A DNA stretch of 63,846 nucleotides, filler included, from Octopus bimaculoides (taxonomy: Eukaryota): NCBI RefSeq assembly GCF_001194135.2. It is 8 parts of 7 records of this genome, joined end to end, with 100 filler letters (N's around TTAATTAATTAA, not from the genome) between each part and the next. Parts side by side here need not be neighbours in the genome. Positions count along the whole stretch, not along the records: positions 61,611 to 63,846 come from NW_026307055.1; 7 more parts are not named here. The stretch is one strand, 5' to 3'. Made by a program: the position numbers and the translations under genes. Positions within the stretch are counted from its first letter, which is position 1; each line of letters opens with the position of its first letter. The notes beneath the pieces were generated by a model that saw nothing but the letters and a program-made list of their open reading frames with translations, was not told where the DNA came from and did no database searches. Below are positions 62,850 through 63,846 of this stretch, one piece after another.

Positions 62850-63708
62850 TTCGGCTGTGGGAGCCTAAAAACAACAACAACAACAGCAACAACGGCCTCG
62901 CCGACGAAGGCGACGCCGACGGAGACAAGAACAATTGCAACGATTTCAGTTGCAATAACCAAGACACAATTAATGAGGTGAGTTGATGAGGTTGTGAAGA
63001 GGGGAAGAGGATATTACGATGGTGCTGATGGTGGCGGCGGTGGTGGTGGTGGTAGTGCTGGTGTTGGTGTTTGTGGTGGTGGTGGTGGTGGTGGTGGAGG
63101 CGCTGGAGATTGTGATCTGCAGAGAGATATTGATGGCGTTTCATGACGGCGATAGTGGTGATGACGAAAACGGCGCTGACAGAAACAACAGTGATGATGA
63201 TGATGATGAGGAGGAGGAGGAGGAAGAGAGATTATTGGTGGTGGTGGTGGTGGTGGTGGTGATGACGGCGCTGACAGTAATGATGATGATGATGAAGAAG
63301 GGAAATTATGGTGGTGGCGGCGGTGTTGGTGGTGATGCGCGTGATGATAATGATGATGATGATGATGATGATGATGATGGCGGGTTCATTGGTGGTGGTC
63401 ACGACGGTGTTGTCTGAGATAATCTTGGTAGTAGTGTGATGAGGATGATGATTATGATGATGACGATGGTGGTGGTGGTGGTGGTGGTGCGAATGATGGT
63501 GGTGATAATTATAATGACGAGGAGGAGGAAGAGGAGGAGGAAGAGGGGGAAGAGGAGGAGGAAGGGAACGATGATGATGAGGAGGAGGAGGAAAATGAGG
63601 TGAATGATGGTGATGATGGTAATTGTGATGCTGCAGTTGCTTCTGATGATGATGATGATGATGATGATGAAGATTATGTTGTATTCCCCGGGTGCAGGAG
63701 GAGGAGGT

Positions 63709-63790
63709 GGCGGAGCGAGGCGGAGCGAGGCGGAGCGAGGCGGAGCGAGGCGGAGCGAGGCGGAGCGGGGCGGAGCGAGGCGGAGCGAGG
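63709..63790. repeat. GC-rich 10-bp VNTR (CGGAGCGAGG)x8
   Basis: Eight units at 63711-63790, one variant CGGAGCGGGG. Confidence 0.95.
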
Positions 63791-63846
63791 CAGCGTCGGT
63801 GGTGAAACACCATTTCCGTGTTTTGTCATTAATAGGTTAATGAGTG

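Noticed and set aside
62584-63813. Minus-strand His/Pro-rich ORFs of 186 and 193 aa
   Set aside because: Built from trinucleotide runs and the 10-bp VNTR; overlapping ORFs on both strands; no recognisable domain.

Overview
Repeat-dominated, AT-rich animal genomic DNA, most consistent with an Octopus genome. That assignment comes from my recall of the SINE families and the extreme microsatellite load, not from a search. Roughly 10 kb is N-gap, and seven 100-bp gaps carry an artificial TTAATTAATTAA linker, so the window is eight joined pieces. I recognise no host protein-coding gene. Nearly all long ORFs in the track are microsatellite translations or run through Ns. What can be supported: several tRNA-derived SINE families; decayed mariner/Tc1 transposases and MITEs; an intact-ended hAT MITE with an 8-bp TSD; a Penelope-like RT relic; a nested cluster at 48.3-53.1 kb (two head-to-tail R4/Dong-like LINE copies, a Chapaev3-like transposon inserted in the RT, and a young Tx1/L1-like RT); RTE-like 3' ends; a tRNA-Gln(TTG) pseudogene; several tandem repeats; and a CpG-rich block near the 3' end with a CTCF-like site and a GC-box array. 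I find no convincing new biological system. The best leads are the nested R4/Chapaev/Tx1 structure, perfect hairpins inside otherwise decayed repeats, and a degenerate three-unit repeat at 36.9-37.3 kb.
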